A DNA stretch of 63,839 bases, counting the filler, from Candidatus Zhuqueibacterota bacterium (GTDB lineage Bacteria > BS750m-G25), in the NCBI GenBank assembly GCA_016783505.1. It is 3 parts of 3 records of this genome, joined end to end, with 100 filler letters (N's around TTAATTAATTAA, not from the genome) between each part and the next. Parts side by side here need not be neighbours in the genome. Positions count along the whole stretch, not along the records: positions 29,041 to 57,727 come from JADHWK010000029.1; 2 more parts are not named here. One strand, 5' to 3'. The position numbers were made by a program, and so were the translations under genes. Shown here piece after piece: positions 38,689-48,392 of the stretch; position 1 is the stretch's first letter; the number at the start of each line of letters is the position of its first letter. The notes beneath the pieces are model-generated. The model saw only the letters and a program-made list of their open reading frames with translations, had not been told where the DNA came from and made no database searches.

Positions 38689-38830
38689 CCCGGACTTGTC
38701 CCTTGAAGGGGTTTTATTTTTGTGCCTTGGTGTCTTAGTGGCTGAACCGTTACTTATTTTTCATTCAATGTTTCGACAAAAGCAATTGATACAAAGAAAA
38801 CGATTGATATAAAGAGAAAATTCAAACAAG

Positions 38831-39340
38831 ATGTTCTCAATAATAAAATCGGTTGTCATAAAAAAGAGCCCCCGGCGGAAAAGAACGGTATCGGCGAAAC
38901 TGGTGGACGGGGTAATGGAGGTGTTAGCCCCGGCAAATATCAGTAAAGCCGACCTGGATAAGGTCATAGAAAACCTCAAGCGAAGAATTGAAAACAAAAA
39001 GAAAAAGGCCGAGATCAACCGAGACAGCCAGCTTCCTCGCAGGGCGGAGGAACTTAACAAAAAATACTTTAAAGGCCAGCTCAGATTCAATCGTATTGAG
39101 TATTCCGTGATCCAGCGAAAGAGATTCGGCACATGTGAGCTCCGGAACGGAACCATCTACATAAACGAGTGCCTGAGGAAAATGCCCCAGTGGGTGGAGG
39201 ATTACGTGATCATTCACGAGCTGACCCATCTGGTCTGCCCCGGCCACGACAGACGGTTCTGGCAACTGGTGAGGCGGTATCCAAAGGCGGAGAGGGCCAT
39301 CGGCTACCTGATGGCCAAGGGCATTAAAGAAACCACATGA
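38831..39340 (+). CDS. YgjP/DUF45 (M48-like) metal-dependent hydrolase
   Basis: RFGTC, DYVIIHELTHL..HDRRFW. Confidence 0.88.
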   Translation: MFSIIKSVVIKKSPRRKRTVSAKLVDGVMEVLAPANISKADLDKVIENLKRRIENKKKKAEINRDSQLPRRAEELNKKYFKGQLRFNRIEYSVIQRKRFGTCELRNGTIYINECLRKMPQWVEDYVIIHELTHLVCPGHDRRFWQLVRRYPKAERAIGYLMAKGIKETT

Positions 39341-39642
39341 ATCAAAGATCGGTGATAGGACTGATCGGAGGCTGATAGACTAATTAAAATGATTGGACCT
39401 TTTATTCAGCAAAATTGACATTAATTTCTTGTAAACTTTTGTCTTGGAAACAACATTGTTCCAATGCTTACTGTCACATATTTGAAATGTTAATGAGCTA
39501 TTGTTTAAGGGAGTTTTATATCACATTGTGTATTGTTTATTTTGGTATCATTCATTCTCATAGAAGGATGAATTACGCAATGCGGCTGACACTAATAGCT
39601 AAGCGAAAACGGGCAGCTAAAGTGTTTGTCTGACCAAATGTT

Positions 39643-40578
39643 ATGGAAAATCTAACAATGTTGAGTATGAAAAACGACTTAAGGTCTATAATTGATGATA
39701 ATATGGAGGAAATTATTAGAAAAGAGTATTGTGACCTATGTGAGAAACAAGGAGTGTTTTATGGAAAGAGGAAAAATTTTCGTATTCTAATATGTAAAAG
39801 ATGTGGTCTAATGTGGGCAAATCCCTTTAAATACTTTGTTGCTGGGAAATCAACAAATTTTGATTATTGGGGCGAAGAAATATATCTATCTCATGCTGAT
39901 TCTCAAAAAAAGAGATTCCACAAACAGTTAAAAACTTTCATTAAAAAAGCTAATGTTTGGGACCCAAGGTCTTTAAAAATATTAGAAGTAGGCCCTGGTT
40001 TAGGTTTCTTTTTAGACACCTGTGAAGGACTTGGGATAAAGGCGGAGGGTTGTGATATTTCGGAACGATCTGTTAAATACGCCAATCGGGAACGAGAACG
40101 CGTCCGCTTGGGAACCTTGGACGGTTATTACCAATATGAAAGTTTTCACGCGGTCTTTGCATTTAATTTGATAGAACATCTTCCTTACCCGAAAAAATTC
40201 TTTTCGGAAGCACATAGAGTATTAAAATCAGGCGGAACACTTGTCTTAGAAACACCTGTTCAAGAAAGTCTTTTTCACAGATTAGCAAGGATTGCTTATT
40301 TTTTTTCTAAAGGTAGGCTAAATTATCTTAGTGTAGAATCTGTGGGACACATTTATCAGTTCAGTAAAAAGACATTCAAATTAATTTGCCACGATATTGG
40401 GTTTAATTTTTTGTATCAGAAAAACATGAACTCCCCATTTGGTGAAATATGGAGTAAAAGCTCACTAGTATGTTTTGATTACAGACCTCTATATAGATTA
40501 TCACTCCCGATACTCTGGGCTTTGGGAAAATTGACATCGCAAGGAAACAGACTGTTTATTCTTCTTCAAAAGCCTTAA
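39643..40578 (+). CDS. Class I SAM-dependent methyltransferase with N-terminal Zn ribbon (AT-rich)
   Basis: CDLC..CKRCG, LEVGPGLG, IEHLPYP..LKSGG. Confidence 0.85.
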   Translation: MENLTMLSMKNDLRSIIDDNMEEIIRKEYCDLCEKQGVFYGKRKNFRILICKRCGLMWANPFKYFVAGKSTNFDYWGEEIYLSHADSQKKRFHKQLKTFIKKANVWDPRSLKILEVGPGLGFFLDTCEGLGIKAEGCDISERSVKYANRERERVRLGTLDGYYQYESFHAVFAFNLIEHLPYPKKFFSEAHRVLKSGGTLVLETPVQESLFHRLARIAYFFSKGRLNYLSVESVGHIYQFSKKTFKLICHDIGFNFLYQKNMNSPFGEIWSKSSLVCFDYRPLYRLSLPILWALGKLTSQGNRLFILLQKP

Positions 40579-40734
40579 AAGGCCACAACAAATGTTAAAG
40601 GGGAAAGGATTGGGTCCATATCTGGACGACTCGTTTTCGACTTATCAAGGGACCCTGCGTTTCTTTTTGATGGCCTCCCCCAGCGGAGGTCTTATTTTTT
40701 TCTTGCAATTTTTAAAATAATTGCTAAATTCTTG

Positions 40735-40777
40735 GGTGAGTAACCGCACCCGGAAGATTCGGGGTGCGGCTGCAATT
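40735..40777. repeat. REP-like hairpin (related copy at 44039-44098)
   Basis: ggtgagtaRccgcaccc..ggRtgcggctRcaatt. Confidence 0.7.
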
Positions 40778-40805
40778 GAACCAAAACCAAAAAAATGGAG
40801 TAAAA

Positions 40806-43800
40806 TTGAAGCTTAAAATTCTAGCAATTGGGTTTTTTGTTTTGTTCCCAGGAATATTTCACAAATGTTTTTCCTGGCAGCAAGAAGTCTCCTATAAAAT
40901 CACAGTTTCTCTGGATGATAACCAAGAATTATTAAACGGACATGAAGTTTTAACATATATCAATCGCTCTCCATTTACTCTTCACAAGATATATTTCCAT
41001 CTTTTTCAGAATGCTTTTCAAAAAGGGAGTTATTTCGATTTAAAGAGACGTTCCTACAACAATTATTCCTTAGCTAGCTTGAAAGAAGAGGAAGAGGCCT
41101 ACTGTAAAGTATCCAACGTAAGGGACAATCAGGGGAATGGGTTGTCATTTGAATTGGATAACACTATTCTTGCAGTTAGTTTGAATAAGCCATTACCGCC
41201 AGGTGAAAAGATAACCTTGGAAATGGATTTTATCACCAAATTTGGAAAAAAGGCTTATCGGATGAAAGCTAAAAACGGGCAGTTCGTGGCATCCCAATGG
41301 TACCCCAAGTTCTGTGTTTTCGATGATCACGGCGGCTGGCATTTAGATCAGCATTACGGACACGAATTTTACGGCGAATTCGGCACTTTTGATGTGGGAA
41401 TTACCCTGGCTGCGGATTTCATCGTTGGCGCCACCGGAGTATTAATGAATCGCCATGAAGTATTACCAGATAGTTTGATGCGTGAATTGGACATTGGCAA
41501 TTTCAGGGATAAACCCTTGGGTCAGATGCCCAGTAAGATTATCACGGCGAATCCCGGAGAGACCAAAACCTGGAAGTATCACGCCGAAAACGTTCATGAT
41601 TTTGCCTGGACGGCTGATCGAACCTTCCGCATCGGAATTGCTCATTGGGAAGATGTGGTGGTTTATTCCTTGGCCCGGGAATCGAAAGCGGCTAAATGGC
41701 AAGATGCAGCAGAGGTTGGTGCCGAGACCATTCAACTCTTCTCCGAACATTTTGGTCGCTATCCCTATCCCCAGATGACCATTGCTGATGTTGATCAGGG
41801 GATGGAATATCCAATGATTGTCATGTGCGGTGGGGAAAGTCCCACTTATAATGGTCTATTCTATCATGAAATCGGTCACAACTGGTTCTACGGCGTCTTA
41901 GGCAGTAATGAAACAGCTTTTCCATGTATGGATGAAGGATTCACCGTTTATCTTACCGATTTCGCCCTTGAAAATTTAGAAGACATTGAAGAATATAGCA
42001 GCCAAAGGGGAAGCTGGTATGCGCGCAAATTTTTTCGCACTGATCCTAATTTCTGGAACTCTACCTCTCGAAGGTATCTCCAATTAGCTAAAACAGGTTA
42101 TGAAAATAAAGTCCTTACACATTCAGATCACTGTATTGATTATTACAGCTATCGCAACACTGCTTACTCCAAACCCGCTACTACCTTGCGGATGTTACAG
42201 GGAATCTTGGGGGACGAGGTATTTTTTAATGTGATGCGCAGTTATTTTGAACGTTGGAAATTCCGTCATCCATATCCCGAAGATTTTAAGCGGGTAGCCG
42301 AAGAGGTGAGCGGTCGTAATCTGGAATGGTTCTTTGAACAATGGTGGAATAGTACCAAAACTTGTGACTACGCTGTGACTGGTCTACGGAATAAAAAGCT
42401 ACCCGATGGTCGTTACCAGGCCCAAATTGAACTGAAGAGGAAGGGCGAAATTTATATGCCCATTGATTTGGAACTAATTCTAACAGATGGTTCCAAACAA
42501 ATGTATACCATACCCATTGATGAATGGTGCAAACAGGTGGATACAATTCAGGTGCTGCCGAAATGGTACGGCTGGGATGGCCTGAATCGAAAATACAGGG
42601 CCCAAATCATCGTTCCTCAAAAGGTGAAGAAAGTGGTAATTGATCCCCGGTTAACCACAGCCGACATTAACTACCTCAACAATCGCAGTGGTCTTTTGCC
42701 TAAGATGGACCTCCACTGGGATAATTTAGCTCGGAACTTAGCACCGCTTGACGCTTACAATATTCTCTGGCGCCCTTCTTTCTGGTATAACGAAGTTGAC
42801 GGCTTAAAAACGGGCTTGCATCTGGAAGGAAGCTATCTGGCGGGATATTTACCAGGCGATTACGCCACCCAACTGGGTCTTTGGTACGGTCCCATGAGCA
42901 AAAAAGTTAATTACGATCTGAATTTTGAGACTCCACTTCGTCGTTGGGGTAAATTAACAAGCCTAACTTTTACCAGTTCATTTTTAGAAGGTCGTACAGA
43001 AAAAACTTTTGGCTTCAAGAAAACGGTGAGAAAGTCCCTATTCCGACAACCAGCATGGGATTTCGTTCTCAATTTCAGCCATTTTGATGTGTTGGATACT
43101 AATTACGTCCTAGATCCCTGGGAAAAAGGAAAAACCAATACCGTTCAAGTCTCGCTTTCATATCGAACCCAAGATCGGGCGTTAAAAAGACATTGGCATC
43201 TCCAATATAGATCTACCACATTTGCAAGCGATTTTAACTTTGACAAAGTCGAATTGACCCTTAAAGAAGAGGTTGGAAGCCGAAGTGATTGGGGTCTGGC
43301 TATAAGATTTTATGGGGGTTATAGTGGTGGTCAATTGCCTTTGCAAGAAAAATTCTATCTCGCCGCGGCGAGTCCCCTGGAAAACTTTTACGATCCCTGG
43401 TATCGTTCGCGGGGCACATTGCCCACGAAGTGGCATGAGCAAGGGCACCTGCAGAAAGGCGGTGGTGCCAATTTGCGGGGCTATCTTGATAAGAATCAAG
43501 TGGGGCAACGGCTTCTGGCGGCGAATCTGCAATTAGCATACCCTAATCCGCTTCGACCATTAATAAAAGCATTACCATTTGTAGGAAAGATTTTTTCCAG
43601 AATTAACACCTATGCATTTTTTGATGCCGGCGATGTGCGCGAGGACGATTTTGATTTTTCATTAAAATATGACGCCGGCCTGGGATTTTTATGGAAGTTT
43701 CCTTTTCTACCACCACGGCTGGATCCTGTATCAATCCGCGTAGATTTCCCAATCTATGTGAATAGACCTCGTTGGGATGAGAAGGCATTCGAATTCCGTT

Positions 43801-43829
43801 GGTTGGTGGGAACAGGGAAAAGCTTTTAG
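40806..43829 (+). CDS. M1-family metallopeptidase fused to an Omp85-like beta-barrel
   Basis: GMEYP, HEIGH-x18-E; GGGANLRGY, FFDAG, IRVDFP, terminal Phe; TTG start after ggag. Confidence 0.8.
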   Translation: MKLKILAIGFFVLFPGIFHKCFSWQQEVSYKITVSLDDNQELLNGHEVLTYINRSPFTLHKIYFHLFQNAFQKGSYFDLKRRSYNNYSLASLKEEEEAYCKVSNVRDNQGNGLSFELDNTILAVSLNKPLPPGEKITLEMDFITKFGKKAYRMKAKNGQFVASQWYPKFCVFDDHGGWHLDQHYGHEFYGEFGTFDVGITLAADFIVGATGVLMNRHEVLPDSLMRELDIGNFRDKPLGQMPSKIITANPGETKTWKYHAENVHDFAWTADRTFRIGIAHWEDVVVYSLARESKAAKWQDAAEVGAETIQLFSEHFGRYPYPQMTIADVDQGMEYPMIVMCGGESPTYNGLFYHEIGHNWFYGVLGSNETAFPCMDEGFTVYLTDFALENLEDIEEYSSQRGSWYARKFFRTDPNFWNSTSRRYLQLAKTGYENKVLTHSDHCIDYYSYRNTAYSKPATTLRMLQGILGDEVFFNVMRSYFERWKFRHPYPEDFKRVAEEVSGRNLEWFFEQWWNSTKTCDYAVTGLRNKKLPDGRYQAQIELKRKGEIYMPIDLELILTDGSKQMYTIPIDEWCKQVDTIQVLPKWYGWDGLNRKYRAQIIVPQKVKKVVIDPRLTTADINYLNNRSGLLPKMDLHWDNLARNLAPLDAYNILWRPSFWYNEVDGLKTGLHLEGSYLAGYLPGDYATQLGLWYGPMSKKVNYDLNFETPLRRWGKLTSLTFTSSFLEGRTEKTFGFKKTVRKSLFRQPAWDFVLNFSHFDVLDTNYVLDPWEKGKTNTVQVSLSYRTQDRALKRHWHLQYRSTTFASDFNFDKVELTLKEEVGSRSDWGLAIRFYGGYSGGQLPLQEKFYLAAASPLENFYDPWYRSRGTLPTKWHEQGHLQKGGGANLRGYLDKNQVGQRLLAANLQLAYPNPLRPLIKALPFVGKIFSRINTYAFFDAGDVREDDFDFSLKYDAGLGFLWKFPFLPPRLDPVSIRVDFPIYVNRPRWDEKAFEFRWLVGTGKSF

Positions 43830-43914
43830 AAAAAACAATTTAGAGTAGTTTTTCCAAAACAGCAATTTTCGCATTAAGGAGGTTTTCGCGGTTTAAAAGT
43901 AATCCCTTAACTCT

Positions 43915-43972
43915 AAAGCTCCCGGCGGATGTTGCCTGCCCGCCAATTTTTTGTGGCGGGTCATCCGCCGGA
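43915..43972. repeat. Nested hairpin repeat; first 31 bp repeated at 47222-47252
   Basis: aaagctcccggcRgatgttgcctgcccRcca. Confidence 0.8.
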
Positions 43973-44130
43973 ACACACCATCCATCGGAAATCTATTATG
44001 ACGTTTTGTCGGGGAAGACAACTTCCCCGACGAGCCGAGGTGAGTAGCCGCACCCCGTCGGAACTATCTTGGGAAAGGCTCGGGATGCGGCTACAATTTC
44101 TTCGGGAGAATTTAAAGAGAAAGGTACACT

Positions 44131-44715
44131 ATGAACGTTTACGAAGCCCTAACTAAAAGAAGAACGATCAGGAAATTTCTTCAGCAAAAGATCCCCCATC
44201 AAATCTTGACCAAACTGGTCAATGTGGGGAGACTTGCCCCTTCCGGATCCAATCTCCAGCCGATTGAGTATGTCATCATTGAAGACGACATGTTGCTCCC
44301 CGGGGTCTTCTCCACCCTGTCCTGGGCGGGCTACATCGCCCCGGCAGGAAACCCCCAGCCGGGGGAAGAACCGGTGGCTTACATCGCGGTTCTGGTAAAC
44401 AAAAAGATTAAAGAAAAGGATTACCAGCGAGATGTGGGTGCCGCTGTCCAGAACATCCTGCTTGCGGCTCTGGAGGAGGGGATCGGGAGCTGCTGGATCG
44501 GATCTGTGGCTAAGAACAAGCTTAGACTTCTATTGAACCTTCCCGGCCATCTGATAATTGATTCCGTCATCGCCCTGGGCTATCCCGCCGAAAGTCCTGT
44601 GGTGGAGGAGATGAATGACAGCATAAAATATTGGAAAGATGAACAGGGAACCCTACATGTCCCCAAAAGGGGACTTGAGGACATTTGTCACCTGAACCGC
44701 TATGGAGTTAAATAG
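44131..44715 (+). CDS. Nitroreductase family protein
   Basis: RRTIRKF, APSGSNLQP, GIGSCWIG, LGYP. Confidence 0.93.
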   Translation: MNVYEALTKRRTIRKFLQQKIPHQILTKLVNVGRLAPSGSNLQPIEYVIIEDDMLLPGVFSTLSWAGYIAPAGNPQPGEEPVAYIAVLVNKKIKEKDYQRDVGAAVQNILLAALEEGIGSCWIGSVAKNKLRLLLNLPGHLIIDSVIALGYPAESPVVEEMNDSIKYWKDEQGTLHVPKRGLEDICHLNRYGVK

Positions 44716-44737
44716 GTATTTGATTAAAGGAACTATT

Positions 44738-45220
44738 ATGCTAACAAAATTTGAAGATGATCTCAGAAGAGGAAAGGTGGGGGAAAGAATTTTTGTGGAA
44801 GATTTTCTGAAGTTTTTAGGATTTAAATATGAAGATGTTTCAGACCGTCAATCATTCCGAATAGAGGGGGCTGATTTTCTCCTGCCGACAGGATTGGTAG
44901 ATGTAAAAGCCAATTATAAAGATGATAAAAAAATAATCATAGAGGATTGGGCAAATATCTTGACAGAAAAGAAAGGTTGGTTTTATACAAGCAGCGCTAA
45001 GCTCTTTATTTTTATCAGCACAAAAACCAGAACTATGATTATACTACCCAATACGGGTGAACTTCACCATTGGTATGAAAGCTCTAAAGATAATTATGAA
45101 TTGAAGAAAAACAAGGTTAGCGTAGATCGCCGGGGCAACCGGTGGCAATCTGCATTCAGAATTGTCCCCATTAAAGATATACCAATGGGGGTGGCCATAT
45201 ATAAGTTGCAAAGAATTTAA
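44738..45220 (+). CDS. Putative PD-(D/E)XK restriction-endonuclease-fold protein, phage-like
   Basis: GKVGE..GADF..VDVK..IIE..GWFYTS; more AT-rich than its neighbours. Confidence 0.6.
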   Translation: MLTKFEDDLRRGKVGERIFVEDFLKFLGFKYEDVSDRQSFRIEGADFLLPTGLVDVKANYKDDKKIIIEDWANILTEKKGWFYTSSAKLFIFISTKTRTMIILPNTGELHHWYESSKDNYELKKNKVSVDRRGNRWQSAFRIVPIKDIPMGVAIYKLQRI

Positions 45221-45243
45221 TAATTTGTAACAGGAGTCCTATT

Positions 45244-45705
45244 ATGGGCAATAAGAACGATTTTGAGTTTATAAAAAGGTCCCCCTTGTTCAGGGGGCTT
45301 TCCGAAAAAAAACTGGCGCGCCTGATTCAAATCGCCGGGGTGGAAACCTACGACCCGGGTAAGACCATCATCTTTGAAGGGACCTCCAGCGACAGGCTTT
45401 TCTTTCTGTTAAGCGGAACAGTGGAAATCATCAAGTGGACCCCTGAGGGCAAGCTGAGGGTGTTGACCACCCTGGAAGAGAGAGGATTGTTTTTTGGCGA
45501 ATTGGCCATTGTAGATGTCCTGCCCCGGAGCGCCACGGTGAGGGCCAAGACGAGGGTGGAGCTTCTGGTGTTCCATAGGGATAAGATGGTAGAGTTGTTC
45601 CGATCGGATCGGGAGATATTGGTTACGTTGGCTTTGAATGTAATCCGAGTTTTAAACCAACGGATCAAGGAGCTGAATGAATCAGTGGCTTCGCTATCGG
45701 TGTAG
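45244..45705 (+). CDS. Stand-alone cyclic nucleotide-binding domain protein
   Basis: PLFRGL, IIFEG, FFGELAI..PRSATVRA; no HTH. Confidence 0.9.
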   Translation: MGNKNDFEFIKRSPLFRGLSEKKLARLIQIAGVETYDPGKTIIFEGTSSDRLFFLLSGTVEIIKWTPEGKLRVLTTLEERGLFFGELAIVDVLPRSATVRAKTRVELLVFHRDKMVELFRSDREILVTLALNVIRVLNQRIKELNESVASLSV

Positions 45706-45801
45706 AATGGTAAAAGAGGATGGGGTGGAAACTTGAAGGAGGTCTTTAACATTATGTTAACAAGGAAAATAATCCTGGGATAAACTTCGAAACGAGGAAG
45801 G

Positions 45802-47211
45802 ATGAAACTGAACAAAGAGAAAAAACAGTGGTTGACACCGTTCATTTTTTATCTTATTACATTGTTGTTGGCAATTAATGGATGTGGAAAAAAGGAGCCG
45901 AAAAAACAGGAGGAAGCCGGCCCAAAAATCCAATGGTTACACGACCCTAATGCCGCACTGGCGCTGGCCCAGGAAGAGTATAAACCACTGATGATTGATT
46001 TTATGGCCGAATGGTGCCCGCCATGCCGGAGAATGGAGGATTCCACTTTCAGCCATCACGACGTGATCCGGAAAGTTTCCTCTTTTATTCCCCTTAGAAT
46101 AGATGTGGATAAACAGGGGAAAATCGCCAACAAGTATAATGGCAACGCCCGGAAGTATGGTGGTGTGGGCATCCCCAACGTACTCTTCATGACCGGGGAT
46201 GAAGTGAAGCTCAAGCATGTAATCGGATACCGGGGACCGGAAGCGTTTCTTGCTGTAATGGACTCTGCACTGGCAATTTTGATTGCAGAATATTCCATTG
46301 GGGAAGAGAATAAAATATTCATCAAAACAGTTGAAGAGCTTAAGAATGTGCAGGTCTTATACCAATTACCAGACCTGAGACATCCATCACTCCGTATATA
46401 TGATAACGCTTCTTTTGATTCCGTTCTGAAGATAACAGATGCATCAGATCTAACTAAATTCTCAGCATTTAACAGATATATGCTTGAAAAATATACAAAA
46501 AAGAAATTTTTTAAAAATAAAACCTTAATAAAAAGAATTAGAGAATCAGTCATCCTAGACTCTTTGGTATTATCCCTTACAGCAATCTATAATAAGAATA
46601 GTCTTGCTTATGGACGTTTTAGGGCTGATTTAATTCTATGGAGAAAGAGTTCATGGGGATACTCACTTGTGGCAATATATCCTGAAGCGGTTGGAGGTTC
46701 CTTATATTGTACACCAAAATTTTCGTACCAATCTCAGGATACTGTGGTGGTTGATTATGTAGTATTTGATGACGGAGATATATGGGGCGGAAAAAGTTTT
46801 TTTATTGTTTCTGAGGATTCAATTCGTCCGTTTATGCATGAATCGATTGAGGGTTCTTATCCAGGCTCTGAAGGCCATAGTAATCCAGTTGATGATGCAA
46901 CCTCAAAGATCATAAAACGAAGTATCTATGATCAGAATGCTAGGGTTGTGGAAAGAAAGATATTATTTTACGCTAAGCATAAGGATGGTCGACCAGTTAT
47001 GATACCTGCTGTTGTAGACTCATTAAAACTTTTTCAAGTTCCTGATAATTATCCATACGGTTCATCACCACCATTAAAGTATTTTAAAACAGTATTTGTA
47101 GGGGGAAAATCTGTGAGAGTTGGCCCAATCAGGGGGGGAAGCATAGCGGTATTCTGGGATAATAAATGGTATTTAGTACATAGAGAGGACTTTGGTTTTT
47201 CAAAACGTTGA
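45802..47211 (+). CDS. Lipoprotein: thioredoxin-like domain fused to an unknown AT-rich C-terminal region
   Basis: Lipobox INGC; DFMAEWCPPC; GIPN. Confidence 0.75.
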   Translation: MKLNKEKKQWLTPFIFYLITLLLAINGCGKKEPKKQEEAGPKIQWLHDPNAALALAQEEYKPLMIDFMAEWCPPCRRMEDSTFSHHDVIRKVSSFIPLRIDVDKQGKIANKYNGNARKYGGVGIPNVLFMTGDEVKLKHVIGYRGPEAFLAVMDSALAILIAEYSIGEENKIFIKTVEELKNVQVLYQLPDLRHPSLRIYDNASFDSVLKITDASDLTKFSAFNRYMLEKYTKKKFFKNKTLIKRIRESVILDSLVLSLTAIYNKNSLAYGRFRADLILWRKSSWGYSLVAIYPEAVGGSLYCTPKFSYQSQDTVVVDYVVFDDGDIWGGKSFFIVSEDSIRPFMHESIEGSYPGSEGHSNPVDDATSKIIKRSIYDQNARVVERKILFYAKHKDGRPVMIPAVVDSLKLFQVPDNYPYGSSPPLKYFKTVFVGGKSVRVGPIRGGSIAVFWDNKWYLVHREDFGFSKR

Positions 47212-47423
47212 GTCAATAGCCAAAGCTCCCGGCAGATGTTGCCTGCCCACCATTGGCCAGGTCAGTCAGGTTCTCGATTAAATTGTTTGATGAGGGGCCT
47301 GAACGCTATTCAGAAGCTCTGGGATGGGCAGTTTATCCATGAAAGTCTTTGTAAGTTTTTTTACTTTTAACTTGATTTTATCTGAAAAAATCCATATTAT
47401 TAAATGAAATTTTTTGATGGGGG

Positions 47424-47891
47424 ATGATGGGATCGGAAACAAAAAAATCTCTCAGGCGGATAAAAAATAGTGTATATCAAAACCTGGACGTTGAGATAGC
47501 CTATCTGTTTGGGTCCGGGGCTTCCAACAGGGCGGTCCCTGAAAGTGATGTGGATGTTGCCATCCTCTTTAAAGGGGATCATAAATCCCTGGAATTGTTC
47601 AGGAATACTGCGGTTTTACAAAGAGAATTCGCCAAGGAAGTTGAACGGGATATTGATATCACCATCCTGAATTATGGTTCCCCCTTATTACGTTATGAAG
47701 TTATCCGAAACGGGATGCTTCTTTACTGCAGCGATGACCGGCTTCGGGTGGAATTTGAACTGCGGACTTATCGGGAATACGACGATTACTGTCACCAACA
47801 GGACATATATTTTGAGCGCCTCAGAAAGAAATTAGAAAAACTTAACTATGATAAACCAGCGAGTAATAAAAGAAAGGCTTATAGAAATTGA
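47424..47891 (+). CDS. MNT (MntA-like) adenylyltransferase antitoxin
   Basis: YLFGS..SDVDVAI. Confidence 0.88.
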   Translation: MMGSETKKSLRRIKNSVYQNLDVEIAYLFGSGASNRAVPESDVDVAILFKGDHKSLELFRNTAVLQREFAKEVERDIDITILNYGSPLLRYEVIRNGMLLYCSDDRLRVEFELRTYREYDDYCHQQDIYFERLRKKLEKLNYDKPASNKRKAYRN

Positions 47892-48282
47892 TGAGAATCT
47901 CAGGATTCTTGAGGGGATTCGATTGATTTCCAAAGAAGAATTTTGCCGGGAACCCAAGACATACAAGCTGGCTGAAAGATGCCTTCAACTCTGCATTGAA
48001 TGTTTAATTGATATCTGTCATTATTTAATATCACAGTCTGATTGGCAGAAGCCCGTCAATAATACGGAAGCAATTTTAAGATTAGGGGAACATGGGGTTA
48101 TTCCGATGGACTTCGCCGAGCGAATATCAGGAATGGTTAATTTTAGAAACATTCTCATCCATGCCTACTTGAAGATAGACGAGAATATCGTCTATGAGCA
48201 TCTTACAACTATAGAGGACTTTCGGGTTTTTCAAAAACACATTTTAGAATATTTAAAAAAGTTACCCGATTCTTTTAGTTAA
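47848..48282 (+). CDS. HEPN (DUF86/HepT-like) RNase toxin
   Basis: AERCLQ; FRNILIHAY (RX4HXY). Confidence 0.9.
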   Translation: MINQRVIKERLIEIDENLRILEGIRLISKEEFCREPKTYKLAERCLQLCIECLIDICHYLISQSDWQKPVNNTEAILRLGEHGVIPMDFAERISGMVNFRNILIHAYLKIDENIVYEHLTTIEDFRVFQKHILEYLKKLPDSFS

Positions 48283-48358
48283 TACTTTTTTGATAAATGC
48301 CGTTACCTAGTTATCATTCTTAATGCCCAATTTTCATTTGGCTTTTTTGTTTTATTCA

Positions 48359-48387
48359 TTGACAACAAATAAATTTTTAACTATATT
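48359..48387 (+). promoter_or_regulatory. Promoter, probably giving a leaderless mRNA
   Basis: TTGACA-17-TATATT, 5 nt before ATG 48393; no SD. Confidence 0.6.
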
Positions 48388-48392
48388 TTAAT

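Noticed and set aside
36093-48300. Prophage or integrative island at the ssrA 3' end
   Set aside because: No integrase and no duplicated ssrA 3' end seen; the ssrA terminator is directly adjacent
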